From the NCBI GenBank assembly GCA_054600435.1, contig BAAIJX010000018.1, positions 372,001-408,980 of the forward strand: DNA of 36,980 nt, read 5' to 3'. The stretch is from Neophaeotheca triangularis. Lineage: Eukaryota. The position numbers were made by a program, and so were the translations under genes. How positions within the stretch are numbered: the stretch's first letter is position 1; every line of letters starts with the position of its first letter. This document shows, piece after piece, positions 1 to 12,119 of the stretch. A model generated the notes under the pieces. It searched no databases. It saw only the letters and a program-made list of their open reading frames with translations, and was not told the origin of the DNA.

Positions 1-1078
1 GCAGTATGATCAAGCTGGCCACGACAAAACCACTGGTGGCGAGCTGATCCTGTCCTTGGTAATCGAAAGTCTGGTTCAAGCCAATGCTTGCTTGTTTCCT
101 GCCGACAGCGGTTCCTGTTGAACTCAAAACATCGCAAACCTTCTCGATGGTAGAGTTTCGGCACTTAGATGCGGTTTTTGAACCGCCAATGCTGCTGCTT
201 TCGGCGCCTAATGCACGATAGAAAGCGTTCTCGGCATGAAAAATTGCCCTTTTCCTGGCCACGGAGGAGAGCCGGACGGTGTCTTGCTTGTGCTTCCATT
301 GAGTGTAGTGACTGTGACATAGTGAAGTTTATTGCTCGTTGCCGCCGAGAAAGAGTGTCGGAAGCCATGCGAAAGGACTGTTTACCGGCGATTTCTTCCA
401 GTGCATGCCCCTTGCAATTGATCTGCGGGAATTTTCCACTCGTATGCCCGTCAGCCGCCCGGTATAACCTGCTCCCGGCGCATGTCTTCTGCACTTTTGA
501 AGCACCGTCGGTGGCGATACCGCTGCGATGCTGGAAATTGTCTCGGTTTGCGGCTCCCAGTCTCAAGCCATGCAGCGCCCACACTTGCACCAGGGACAAC
601 TTGCATGGATATCTTTGGCGCCTAGTAAGGGGTATCCGCGGCCACCATTGTTTCAGACCACGTCGAACCACGGTACAGAAGCCACAAAGAAGTGCAGATG
701 TCGGGATCGAACGGCTGTCATTTCCAGACTTCTGGCTTCTCTCGTCCATTCTCTAGCGCGCGACGGGATGCAGCCAATCATCCAAAGGCTCACGTCTCGA
801 CCTCCACTTCACGTCATGGCACCGATCAGCATCTTCGGCATCCACAATGTCAAAGTATGGGTCGTGATAATTCTCCGGCGCGTATTCGTAGGTAAGGTAG
901 TGGCAACTGAGCCAGGAGGCCGTCATCAACGTAACTCGCAAAGACCCGCCGCGGAACCACACACGAGAGTGATTCTTCTCGCCACCGGGATTCATCTGGT
1001 CAATCTTGGGAATCAAACCACAGCTCCATTATCCCTCCCAACCAGTACATTGGACACACTAGAAGCCCCAAAGCAACA

Positions 1079-2251
1079 ATGGCGACGACCCAAACCCAGG
1101 CTTACGTCGCCCGACCCGCAACGACCGGCACCACACTCGAAACCGTACACCTCGCAGCCCCGGGCCCACACGAACTCCTAGTAGACATTGCAGCCGCGAG
1201 TGTCTGCCACACGGACGTGCGCGCCGCTCAAGGGACCTTCCACCTCGGGGCACCTTTGATCCTCGGCCACGAGGGCGCCGGTATCGTGCGCTCGACGGGC
1301 AGCGCGGTCAGCTATGTCCAACCTGGCGATCGGGTAGTGTTATCGTATGCCAGCTGCGGCATGTGTAGACGCTGTGTCGGGGGCAAGAACGCTTATTGCG
1401 ATGAGCTGATGCCGGTTGGGTTTGGTGGGAGGCGGTATGCGGGGTTGGGGAGTGTGAAGGGGGAGGGAGAAGTTGTTGTCAGGGATGAGAAGGGTGAGTT
1501 GATTAATGGGCTGTTTTTTGGGCAGAGCAGCATGTCCCGTGTTGCGCTCGTACATGAGAGTGCATGTGTGAAAGTTGGAGCGGCGACTACGAAGGAGGAG
1601 TTGAAGTTGTTTGCAAGCTTGGGCTGTGGGATTCAGACTGGTGCTGGTGCCATTCTGAACATTGCTAAACCCGAGCCGGGGAGTGGTGTAGCGATTTTTG
1701 GTGCTGGCGCAGTGGGGTTATCAGCACTTCTCGCAGCGGCTCTGTTCTCGCCCGCCACGCTCGTGTTGATCGACAATTCTGCTGCTAAGTTGGCCATGAT
1801 ACCAAAAGAGATCCTCAGCAAAGCCACCCACGTAGTAAACCCCAACGATCTACCTACGGAGAATCCCAACGCCTTGGCTGAGCATTTGCAAGCTCTTTCC
1901 CCCGACGGCAAGGGTCTGGATGTCTGTTTAGACTGCGTAGGCCATGAGTCGATATTGGTGACCGGCCACGCCGCCCTTGCCAAGATGGGCACTCTCATCA
2001 CCATTGGGGGAAACTCGGAAGCAAAAGCTAGCTTCAAGGTTGAGCATCATCTGGTCAAGGGGATCACTTATAGGGGAACGCACCAAGGCGATAGCGTGAG
2101 TAGGGTGATGATACCGCAGATAATCGAGCTGTGGAGACGAGGCGTCTTTCCTTTTGAGAAGATGCTGGCAATTTATGGGTTTGAGGAGCTGGAGAAGGCG
2201 CTGGAGGAGACACACGCCGGGAAAGTGATCAAGCCGGTATTGGTGATGTAG
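1079..2251 (+). CDS. Zinc-dependent medium-chain alcohol dehydrogenase (aryl/benzyl alcohol dehydrogenase-like), 390 aa, intronless
   Basis: Catalytic Zn motifs VCHTD and LGHEGAG, structural Zn motif CGMCRRC...AYC, LGCGIQTG, and Rossmann GAGAVG motif. Confidence 0.93.
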   Translation: MATTQTQAYVARPATTGTTLETVHLAAPGPHELLVDIAAASVCHTDVRAAQGTFHLGAPLILGHEGAGIVRSTGSAVSYVQPGDRVVLSYASCGMCRRCVGGKNAYCDELMPVGFGGRRYAGLGSVKGEGEVVVRDEKGELINGLFFGQSSMSRVALVHESACVKVGAATTKEELKLFASLGCGIQTGAGAILNIAKPEPGSGVAIFGAGAVGLSALLAAALFSPATLVLIDNSAAKLAMIPKEILSKATHVVNPNDLPTENPNALAEHLQALSPDGKGLDVCLDCVGHESILVTGHAALAKMGTLITIGGNSEAKASFKVEHHLVKGITYRGTHQGDSVSRVMIPQIIELWRRGVFPFEKMLAIYGFEELEKALEETHAGKVIKPVLVM

Positions 2252-2836
2252 CGATGGTAAGCGAACAATAGTTGAGAACAAAATACATGGATGGGGACCG
2301 CAATAATGAAAGGAGTGGTGGCGGGGACGGACAGACGTGGAGGAACAAGGTCACCATTGACAACCTGACGCCCACCTGAAGAATCTGTGATAGCTACCCA
2401 CCTTCGATGGTTCGAAGCAGGTGGAGTCAGCACTCCAAACACAGGGCGCGCGGCCATGAGATCATTTGATGATAGAAGTAATACAAACGATGAAGTATCA
2501 AACGGCTCCGGGAACCTTCTCCTTGTTGGCCAGTGAACACAGACTGCGCGGGAAGGAAACCCACGTCCGGAGAAGAGCAACGACAGGCCGCACCAACGAG
2601 CAAAAGATCGAGAACGCTAGATCGGGGAAGTCCACTGACGGGTGCAATTTTGATCTCCTGTAATGATGCCCTACCCCTTGATATGATTGTCCATCTTCGA
2701 TGTATGCTATAAGCTCGGTTTCCATCTCTCTTCAGCGAAATCAATCATCCATGCGCCTACTACGCCACATCGCTTCCCCTTTTTCTACTCCCTGCTCACC
2801 TATCTCACTGGGCAGAAAGAAGAATCAACAACCCCT

Positions 2837-4373
2837 CTAAGAGATCTGCTCCTCAGCCTTGTGCTTCGGCCTCTCGACCATCTCGCCCTCCTTCGGCACC
2901 TTCGGAACCTTACCGCCCTTAGGCATTTCAGCCTTGCCTTTCGTCTTCAGCGACGTCGAGTCTTTGGGCAATTCCTTGGTGTAGGGCAAGAACTCGGGTT
3001 GGCCGGGAATGTACTTGCGCAGCACTTGGGGCACCTCGATGCCGTCTTCGCGCTGGTAGTTTTCGAGAACACAGCAGAGGGCGCGCTCGGTAGCGCAAAG
3101 GGTGGAGTTGAGAGCGTGGACGTAGGATTTCTGGAACGAGGCGTCGGTTTGTTTCTTTTGGCCGTAGCTAAGAGGGAATCAGTGTTAGTTAGGTCTGGAT
3201 TCGGCACGAAGGTGCGACAGGGACTTACCGGATCTCCAACTCCCTGGTTTGGTAGTCTGTGCAGTTTGAGCACGACACCAGCTCTTTGTACTCGCCCTGA
3301 AAGGGGAACCACGCTTCGAGATCGTACTTCTTGGCGGCGGCGTTGTTCAGCGCTCCCGAAACGATCGCCACAACCCGGTAAGGCAGACCCAAGCTCTTGT
3401 AAAACTCCTCAGAAGTGTCGATCATGGAGTCGAAATGTTGCCATGAGTCTTCGGGTTTGCAGAAAACGAACTGCTCAATCTTCTCGAACTGGTGAACGCG
3501 GAAGACACCCCATGCGTCTTTACCGTGGGAACCAGCCTCTTTGCGGAAACAGGTGGAGTAGCCGGCGTACTTGATCGGGAGCTCGCTGTTGTGCAGCCAC
3601 TCGCCCTCGTGCAGCGCTGAAATGGGTTGCTCCGAGGTCGCGATGAGGTACTTGTCCGTGGCTGGGTCGTTGTCCCTCTCAGTGACCTTGTAAAGCTCCT
3701 CATCGAACTGCTCGAGCTGCGCGGTCTTGGCCATGGCTTCGCGGAGCATGAAGAAGGGGGGCTGGTTGGGCGTGTACCCCTTGTTGAAGAGGAATTCGAG
3801 ACCGTAATTCACCAGCGCAAGGTTCAAGAAGAGACCGTACCCTGTTAAGCAGTAACCGCGGTGGCCGACAATCTTGACACCACGGTCGGGGTCGTAGCCA
3901 TCCAAGCGTGTGAGAACTTCGTGGTGGGAGAGGCAGTCCTTCTTCTCGGTCTTTGTGCCCTCGGGAGCCCAGTCGCGGATCATGGAGTTGTTGTCCTCGT
4001 TGTCGCTGATGGGAACAGACTCGTGAACGTAGTTGCCAATGCTCTTTGCCTTCTTCAACAGTGCTATCTGCTTGCTCTGCGCCTCCTCTTCCATAGCCTT
4101 CTTCTCCTTCGCCAAATCATCCTTTTGCTTCAGCAGCTCCTTGAATTCCTCAGGGTCACCCTTGTTCTTCTTGTTCTGCTTCATTGCGTCCTGGACCTTG
4201 TTGATCTTTGCGCCCATTTCTGTGCCTGCCGCATACTGTGTCTTTCTGTGGTCCTCGAACATGGCAATCACCTCATCGACCACTTCTTCGGGGGCATGTC
4301 TTCTTCTTTGCGACTCCTTGATCTTTTCCGGGTTGCCTCCTCGGTCCTTGATGAAGTCGTTGATGTCGAGCAT
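2837..4373 (-). CDS. SES1: Cytosolic seryl-tRNA synthetase; exons 4373-3229 and 3167-2837
   Basis: MLDIN start, YLIATSEQP, CFRKEAGSHG, FRVHQFEK, ELVSCSNCTDYQ. A 61-nt GTAAG..CTAAC..TAG intron (3228-3168) restores motif 3 VHALNSTLCATERALCC. Confidence 0.97.
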
Positions 4374-4949
4374 TTTGGCGGGTTTGACGACTTTTGCGGT
4401 GCAAACGCGAGTATGCGTAGCCGTTTGGGAGGTTAATGTCTCTGCCGAATGAGGTCAAAAGTCAAGTCGTATATTTATTTGCCTTTCTCTGACTGTTTGG
4501 AGTTTCAGACACCGCCCGCAAAGTCGCATGCCCCTCAAAATCGCGTGCCCCGCGTCTCAGGTACCACCTGGTTCCATTGGCTAATGCGTTCTCGACGCTA
4601 GTGCTGGGACGCCAAGAGTAAGATTGGCGGGCATTCTCATGTAGTACTTAGTATGCTTCAGCAAGGGGGAGGGAAGAACACGGCAAACGTTAGCAGACAG
4701 TCATCAAGCAGTGGCGTTGAAATCATCTCGAGCACGCGTTATTCTTCAGTAGCTTTCATACAGCAACGCTATGCTAGAGTACACTATGATACAACTCCTG
4801 CTCCTTCGCCAATGTACTAGTATAGTAGAGCGGAGTAGATTCCTTGCAAACAACATGCAAGAAGCTCAAAGTACTTTTACAAAAAGCCTATGGGGGTATA
4901 ACACGGTAACAAGGGAATGGACAGTCCAAAGCGTAGCCGTGTAGCTAGC

Positions 4950-6831
4950 TTAGAACATGCCGCCGCCCATGCCGCCCATACCACCCATGCCACCCATGCC
5001 ACCACCGGGCATGCCACCACCTGGTGGGCCCTTCTCCTCAGGTGCCTCGACAATGGCAACCTCAGTGGTACCGAGGAGGGAGGCAACACCGGAAGCGTCC
5101 ATCAGGCCCGTGCGCACAACCTTGAAGGGGTCCAGAATACCGGCAGCGATCATGTCAATGTACTCGCCCTTTTGGCTGTCGAAACCGCGGTTGAAGTCCT
5201 TGCCATAGTCGTCCATGAGCTTGCCAACGACGACACTGCCCTCAGCACCTGCGTTCTCGACAATGGTCCTTGCGGGGCGGGTGATGGCCGACTTGACAAT
5301 AGACACACCGAGCTGCTGGTCAAAGTTGGCGGGCTTCAAGTCGTTGAGGGCGTTTGCGGCGGCCTTGAGGAGAGCGGTACCGCCACCGGGAAGGATACCC
5401 TCCTCGACGGCGGCGCGAGTGGCGTTCAGAGCATCGACCATACGGTCCTTCTTCTCTCCGACCTCAACCTCTGAGCTGCCACCAACCTTGATGACGGCAA
5501 CACCGCCAGAAAGCTTGGCGAGACGCTCCTGCAGCTTCTCCTTCTCGTAATCGCTAGTAGTGGGGTCGGACATGACACCACGGATCTGTTCGCAGCGCTG
5601 GGCCACAGCGTCCTTGGAGCCCTCGCCGTTGAGGACGACAGTGTCCTCCTTGGTGATGGTGATGGAGCCAGTGGAGCCGAGCATGTCGGCGGTAGCCTTC
5701 TCAAGCTTGATGTCGAGCTCGTCCGTGAAAACAGTACCGTTAGTAAGGACAGCGAGGTCGCCAAGGATGCTCTTGCGGTTGTCACCAAAGCCGGGTGCCT
5801 TGACGGCGGCGACATTCAGCTGGCCACGGAGCTTGTTGAGAATGCAGACGGCAAGAGCCTCGCCCTCAATGTCCTCAGCGATGATGACAAGAGGACGGCG
5901 GAGCTGCTGCGAAGCCTCGAGCGCGGGCACAATGTCCTGGACGGCAGAGATCTTCTTCTCAGAGAGCAGGATGAGAGGCTTCTCCATCTCAACCTTCTGG
6001 GCCTTGGTGTCTGTGATGAAGTAGGGCGAGATGAAACCACGGTCGAACTTCATACCCTCAGTGACCTCCAGCTCGTCCTCAATGGTCTTGCCCTCCTTGA
6101 CGGTGATAACACCTTCCTTGCCGACTTTCTCCATTGCCTGCGAAAGAAGCTTGCCGATGTGGGTGTCGCCGTTGGCAGAGATGGTGGCGACTTGGCTAAT
6201 CTCCTCGCTTGTGGTAATGTCCCTCTTGTTCTGTTGCAGGTAGTTGACGACGGCCTCAACGGCGGCCTGGGTGCCTCTGCGAAGGTCCATGGGGTTGCAG
6301 CCGGCGGCGACATTCTTGACGGTCTCGGAGAAGATGGCGCGAGCAAGGACAGTAGCAGTGGTAGTACCGTCGCCGGCAACCTCGTTGGTCTTGCCGGCAA
6401 CGTCCTGAAGCAGGCGGGCTCCCAAGTTCTCGAACTTGTCTTGCAGAGATACAGCCCTGGCAACGGTGACACCGTCTGACACGTTGTCAGTATGTAAGAC
6501 TTGTATTTCCATGCCGTCTCTTTTTATGTACCCTTTGTGATCTTTGGCGAGCCATAGCTGGACTCAATCAGGACATTCCTGCCCTTGGGACCCAGAGTGG
6601 TGGCTACAGCTCTTGCGAGCGTGTCAACACCCTGGAGAAGTGCAGCTCGTCCCTCAACGCCGAACTTGAGATCCTGTAGAGCTAAATGTCAACACGTTGT
6701 CCGGGAAGAGCGCTCATTGCTCATTTGGTTCCTACCTTGTGAGCAAATCGTTGCTGGATCAATGAGCCGGGTCTCGCGCGCTGCGAAGTGCGGATGGCAG
6801 CCCTGGGGGCGGTAGCGAATGCGCGCTGCAT
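4950..6831 (-). CDS. HSP60: Mitochondrial chaperonin Hsp60; exons 6831-6736, 6673-6532, 6475-4950
   Basis: Arg-rich presequence [10 protein letters not shown]...[37 protein letters not shown]-terminal GGM repeats. Two GT-AG introns (6735-6674, 6531-6476) join the frames. Confidence 0.98.
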
Positions 6832-8649
6832 CTTGACAAAGGCTATAGTACAACGAAAGAGATGATTGGAAAGGGAAGGGATGAGGTTTTGAGATGTCGT
6901 AAAGGGAGAAGATGGAAACGTCTCGAAGGGAGATGGAAGAAGTTCGAGATGCACCCTCGGACGGTCGGCTTACTTTCTTGCCCCGGTCAGATCTGGGCCG
7001 GAGCGCCAAGAAAAAGAAGAGCTAGTCCGCTTGGGGATACCGACCGCCGACCTCACCTCTCCTTTACTTCACCCCAAGCTTACCTCAACATCTGGCATTC
7101 CTCACTTTCCAATTACAATCTGATTGCGATGAGCAATGTAGTGCTCGATGCTAAGCTCTGAAAGCCGCTCCTCCCACAAAGAAGTGCATTGACAAGCATT
7201 CAGCAAGCCTGCACATAGCTGCTCAGAGCTGCGAACAAGGGATACCCTAAAGAACGGAAGTATGCAAGAATGGAGGAAGCAATCGAGCCACAAAGCAAGC
7301 AAGTGCCGTGGCCTTCGGCCTAGGAGAACAAAAGAGCGGTCCCAGCAATACCTCTGCATCAGCTGAATAGGTAGGATCAATGTACAACTACGAAGTGTGT
7401 TGCATTCTCTCCAAGTTTAACGGGTCACGGCTACCGTCCCCTTTCCCGCTACGTTCTTTGCACTCTTCTTGGAGAACGAAGCGTCATGTTATGAACGGTG
7501 ACCCGGAGCACATCGCCTACTAGGGACCTCCCCACCCCTGCATCCAGATGAGGGTCTTGGGGCGATCGCTGTCATCTTTGGACAACACGTTAATCTGGCC
7601 TCCGGACTAGTCTCGTGATATTTGACTGTCTCGAATGCCCGGCCGACGCTGGTCGCGGCTCATACTCTGATCCAGCAACGAGGTTTTCTTTGAACCGGTC
7701 GACGCTGAGCATGTCTCAGACCAGGGGCTTTGCAGAGCTTCGTGGCTGTCTCGCAATTTTTTTGACATTATCTTCATGGCTAGCACTGGCAGATAACGGT
7801 CCTGCACCAAGAGCTCCTAGCTTTTCATCTCGCAAACGACAGCTTGCAAGGACAAGAAACCGATGCCTCATCATGTACCTTGTCTGCAGTCCGCCCCTGC
7901 AGCCTGAACCGATGGCGACTAAATTGGCCTGATGTGCGTGGAGGTCGACCGACGTGCCTCCATCTTGCAACCTTCAGAGTGCGCTCCAGTAGCGGCGCTG
8001 TCAGCCTTCAGGACCGATAGAGACCAAGAGACTTTCGCGCGTCGATCAAGCTGTCAGAAAAAACGCTGCAATTTATACAAAACAGCCCACCCTTTATACT
8101 TCCGCCTCTGCATTGCAAAATGGCCGCCGCGCTCAAGCTTTGAACGCCGACCATGGCATTGCTCGTGTCGATCACTCTCGTAACGGTACTACGGTCCGCT
8201 GACCGATCAATCCTATAAAGCAGCGCGGTCAACAACAGGCTATTAGCACGAAAGTACGCGAGTTGAGAAGCTGGACAAGTGCAAGAGAAGTTGTTCTTCG
8301 CTGAGTGTCGACTCGCTTGCGTGTCTTGGCATTCACTTTCGGGACGCTAGCGCCGAACAGGCTTGACATACCTTCGGCTTTCTATCGCGTACCGCTGCCT
8401 GGCCCATCTACACATTGCAACCCACCCACCGCACTGACTTCGAACAGACAGCACCCAATATCGCAACCTTCCACGCGCACTTTAAGTCCACTGCCACAGG
8501 CCTACAAAGCTTGGGTGGACCCCAGTCGGCGGTCCAAACGGCCACCATCAACCGTCTTTCCCAGTTCTTTACCTTGACACCTCCGCCTCGTCTTTTTCCA
8601 CTATCTAGCGTGACCAACACCTTCTCCGACCGTCTCTCCTTTCCTAGAA

Positions 8650-11103
8650 ATGGCGACCGACCAACTGTACCTCGAGTCCGCCAATTTGGCTCTAAACAAC
8701 TCTTCGACGCCACGTACCGAACACTCTGTTGCCTCGGAGTCCCATCAGCAACGGGTCCGCAAAGAGGCCGCAGAAAGCCTTCTATTGCTTCAAGGATCAC
8801 AGCAAGTCGATGGGAACGCTGCTGACAGCCTCCTGTTGCTTCCATCAACAAAGAAGTCATTCACCGAGCCCGAACTGGCGGCTGACAGTCTCATTGACCG
8901 TCTCCCTACCTCGAGACTGTTGAAACTCAACAAGAGCGCCGTTGATTTACATTCAGATGAGTCTCAAGATGAATATCCCATATCGAAGCTTGCTTCTGCA
9001 GCGTCGCAAACGGAGCTCGATTGGAAGCGTGAAATCAAGGCCTGGAGGAAGACGGAGTTGTTTCGGGCTTCTAATGGCAGCCTTGTCGAAACTGCCCATC
9101 AGGTAACGGCAAGGAATTGCGAGGACGATGGCTGGGAAGTGGTGGAGCCGTGGTACGAATGCCAGATACGTGAACGTGTCGGAAACGCCTACAGGACCTT
9201 GTCCCGCAAGCACATTGACAGCGAGGCCCAGCTCAAGGAAGAGCAAGACCGCCTCAAGGGCGACTTTAAGAGAGGAGAGCGCTCATCACTACCTGAGTCT
9301 GCTCTGCACAATGTGCAGCGGGACATGGCAGACATGCTGCGCGCATACCACGACAACAATGCCGAAGATCTCGACAAAATTGGCTTTTTGCCGGCACGTG
9401 AGTTCGAGGAGGTTATCGTCCGCGTGCGACCTAGCAACCCACGTCCTGCGGGTATCTACGATCGAGATGAGGTGGCGTATTTCGAGTCTCAGCAACACGC
9501 CATCCTCTGCGCACGAAGAAAGGGCAAAGATCTTGACAGTGCCACTTTTGACGCTGCGGCTGTGCTGACCTACGGCTTCGGCTATGAGCAGCGCTGGCAG
9601 ACGGCTGAAGACAACCTGCGAAAACTCGGCCGTGTTTTCGATAAAGAACATCCAAGCGCTTGGCTTCACAGGAATTTGGACGGTGTTGCCGGGTGGAAGA
9701 AGGATGTTTGGCGTCCCGGAAGACCATCCGAAGCCGCTGCACGGAAGGCGCGCGAAGAGCAGGACTGGGCAGGAAAGGCTGCGTCAAGAGCAAAGCGGCA
9801 TTCAGGAGAGCGGAGTGAGGACGACGTCGAGTCTGTTTGCAGGCACTCCACGCGCAGGAGAAGTAGTACGCATCACTCGTTCGAGAAACCCGCAACGCCG
9901 GGCAAGCCAACGGGGATTTTGTACCCTGAGAAGCCGTCCAGCGACGCAGCACTCACCAGTGAGAAAGCTCACAAGCGTCAAGAGTCGCCGTCTAGCACAG
10001 CACCAATCAACGAAGAAGCCCGCGAGCGCATGAAGGCGCAATCTGACGCCAACCTTTTGGTTGCCGAAAAGTTGATGTCCGAATCCTCCATTCGTGGGAC
10101 CATCTTGCGTAATCCTATAACGCCGCCCAAGGGGACGTACCCGGAGTCTTATATCAGGCGCTTTGCTGGCCCGATCGTGTCTTTCGACATCGCACTGGCT
10201 TCCGTCCCTGTCTCCTTTTTGCGAAACGCAGCTGAGCAGGACCTCTCGAGCGCATCGACGTGGGAAAGCTCAGACCCAACCATTTCTGTTGCGTCTGACC
10301 TCCGCTCTTCGAGAGGTCGCGGCCGTGTAAGGGGACGGCCGACGCTCACTCCTAAGAAGTCTGGCCCGAAGGTGTCTACCCCACAGACGCCAGCGGCAGA
10401 GTATCTTGACACAGAAACGACGGAAACGAGGCCCGCGATCCCGAAAATCCCTGTGGGTAAAGGCGTCCGCGGAAAGAACGGCAAAACGGAAGAAGCTGGG
10501 CAAGATCCATACAGAAAGACCAGGTCTTCACGGAGACAAGAAGAGACCTCGACGGGCAAGTCAACGTCCGCCGAAGACGCTCTCAGCAGGCGAGAAGTCG
10601 GCGACACGTTATTCCCTGCTGCCTTGGGTGTACCAGGACGTAGTCTTGATACTTTTGCCGGGACGGCTGCTCTCGATACGTTGCTAGCGGGAAGCGCTGA
10701 TGCGGTATCTCGCAAGTCCTCCGAAGCCACAAACCCTGCGAAGCAGCCTCCTAAGCGCAGAACTTCCGGCGAAGTAATCTCGACCGTAGAGCCAGGGGTC
10801 GGTCAGCGAACGTCTCGTCGAGTTTCCGAGAGAAAAGCAACGCTGGAGATGCCAAAGCTCGATGCGACGGGAGCTCCAATCTCGCAAAGCTCGAAGGCAT
10901 CGGGGGAAACGCCGATGCAGGCAACGAACTCTCGCAAACGCAAGACAACAACAGAGCCTGAGACTGCTCAGAGCATAACGGCTAGCAAGAAACAGGAGAC
11001 GTCTACGCCGGGTACCATTCCTCCAGTCAGTAAGGATATGAAGACACTAGCGCCCTCTACGAAATCTCCGGTCGTACTTCCGACGGCTATGGCTGGGGCA
11101 TAG
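8650..11103 (+). CDS. Hypothetical protein, 817 aa. N-terminal half looks ordered/helical; C-terminal half is Ser/Thr/Lys/Arg-rich. Reading frame continues after the TAG to 11589
   Basis: 2.4-kb uninterrupted ORF preceded by a pyrimidine-rich leader; basic motifs (RGRGRVRGRP, RKRK). No family recognised. Confidence 0.75.
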   Translation: MATDQLYLESANLALNNSSTPRTEHSVASESHQQRVRKEAAESLLLLQGSQQVDGNAADSLLLLPSTKKSFTEPELAADSLIDRLPTSRLLKLNKSAVDLHSDESQDEYPISKLASAASQTELDWKREIKAWRKTELFRASNGSLVETAHQVTARNCEDDGWEVVEPWYECQIRERVGNAYRTLSRKHIDSEAQLKEEQDRLKGDFKRGERSSLPESALHNVQRDMADMLRAYHDNNAEDLDKIGFLPAREFEEVIVRVRPSNPRPAGIYDRDEVAYFESQQHAILCARRKGKDLDSATFDAAAVLTYGFGYEQRWQTAEDNLRKLGRVFDKEHPSAWLHRNLDGVAGWKKDVWRPGRPSEAAARKAREEQDWAGKAASRAKRHSGERSEDDVESVCRHSTRRRSSTHHSFEKPATPGKPTGILYPEKPSSDAALTSEKAHKRQESPSSTAPINEEARERMKAQSDANLLVAEKLMSESSIRGTILRNPITPPKGTYPESYIRRFAGPIVSFDIALASVPVSFLRNAAEQDLSSASTWESSDPTISVASDLRSSRGRGRVRGRPTLTPKKSGPKVSTPQTPAAEYLDTETTETRPAIPKIPVGKGVRGKNGKTEEAGQDPYRKTRSSRRQEETSTGKSTSAEDALSRREVGDTLFPAALGVPGRSLDTFAGTAALDTLLAGSADAVSRKSSEATNPAKQPPKRRTSGEVISTVEPGVGQRTSRRVSERKATLEMPKLDATGAPISQSSKASGETPMQATNSRKRKTTTEPETAQSITASKKQETSTPGTIPPVSKDMKTLAPSTKSPVVLPTAMAGA

Positions 11104-12119
11104 CATGCCACACCTCCCTTGGAAGCACGTCGAGGTGGTAGTCTCATCACGAAGCTGCCTATCCATAGCAAGAAGCTTCAGGACGCCGCTGCTCGGGCTT
11201 CGCCTCGCAGAAGCTCGAGGGTCAAATCCTCGACTCGGAAGGTCCTGGGTGCAGGACAGCAAACGCACGAGAAATCTGTCACTGGGGCGACGCCTTCCGA
11301 GCCAGCTGAAAGTTCCAAATCGAGCAGACCATTCAGCTCGCGATCCGCCGCCGTTGAAATCTCCGGATTCGGATCGGGATCCACTACGGAAGAGCCAACA
11401 CACGAGAAAATCCCCACCGGCCTGAAACTGAGGTTCCAGGCAGGGGAGAATTCAACAGAGGATGCAAGTAGACCGGCCAATTTCGAAAGAATCCCAAAGG
11501 GACTGAAGCTAAAGTTCGGTGCCGGTGACCAGAGCAAAAGCAGCCGAGGAATCGCAGGTGGAAGGAGCGACGGACCCCCCATAGTCTAATTCGCGCTGGG
11601 ACGGGAGGACACGTCGGCGATCTCAAGTAGCGCGGAAGACATAAAAACCCTATTCTGGCTCTTCGGAATCGACAGTGGGCCCTTGCAAGGGCCTCTTGTA
11701 AGACGTCGAGCTCCATCATGCCGTCAACTACCACGGGAAGTTGAGCCTCGCGTATGAAACAAGCGGTCGAGCCGCGCCTCGAGTGACCTTGAACAAGGGC
11801 AAGGAAGATTCGTTGACGGGAAACGGAGTGAAGCGAATGAAGTTTGGGTATCGCATGGATAGGGATGAACTGGCGCTCAGGAATGAATTGCGCGTTTAGG
11901 TGCGGAACATGTCATACTGCAAGATGGACACAAGGAGGATTCATTTGCGCTAGAAAGAATGGTTTCAAGGCAAGGAGTAGGCTGAAGATGGAGGACAGAG
12001 GAATTACTCTCTTGAGGTGATAAGCACTAGCATTTTTCATCCTCGCATCCGGCTAGAAGTGCAGAAGTACACAAAATATTATTCCCGCCTTCCCTCCCAC
12101 CTCTCCACTCGCAATCCAC

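Noticed and set aside
1..1016. Minus-strand ORFs 1016-753 and 749-165 share a frame across one TAG; another minus frame is open from about 325 to the window edge
   Set aside because: No recognisable motifs, atypical composition, and the first ORF starts only about 60 bp from the ADH start. It cannot be called a gene without flanking sequence.
4374..4455. Short in-frame open stretch upstream of the SES1 ATG (possible non-AUG mitochondrial extension)
   Set aside because: Under 30 codons before an in-frame TGA and not clearly presequence-like; fungi generally have a separate mitochondrial SerRS.
2687..6479. Long antisense and alternative-frame ORFs over SES1 and HSP60 (and similar shadows elsewhere, e.g. 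32593-33417)
   Set aside because: Shadow ORFs caused by strong GC3 codon bias in the real genes.
6832..8649. Looked for a head-to-head HSP10 gene and heat-shock elements upstream of HSP60
   Set aside because: No Cpn10-like ORF and no canonical run of alternating nGAAn units was seen.
11030..11103. Possible GTAAGG...TAG intron removing the internal stop of the 817-aa ORF
   Set aside because: It is 74 nt, which would shift the frame, and has no CTRAC branch site.
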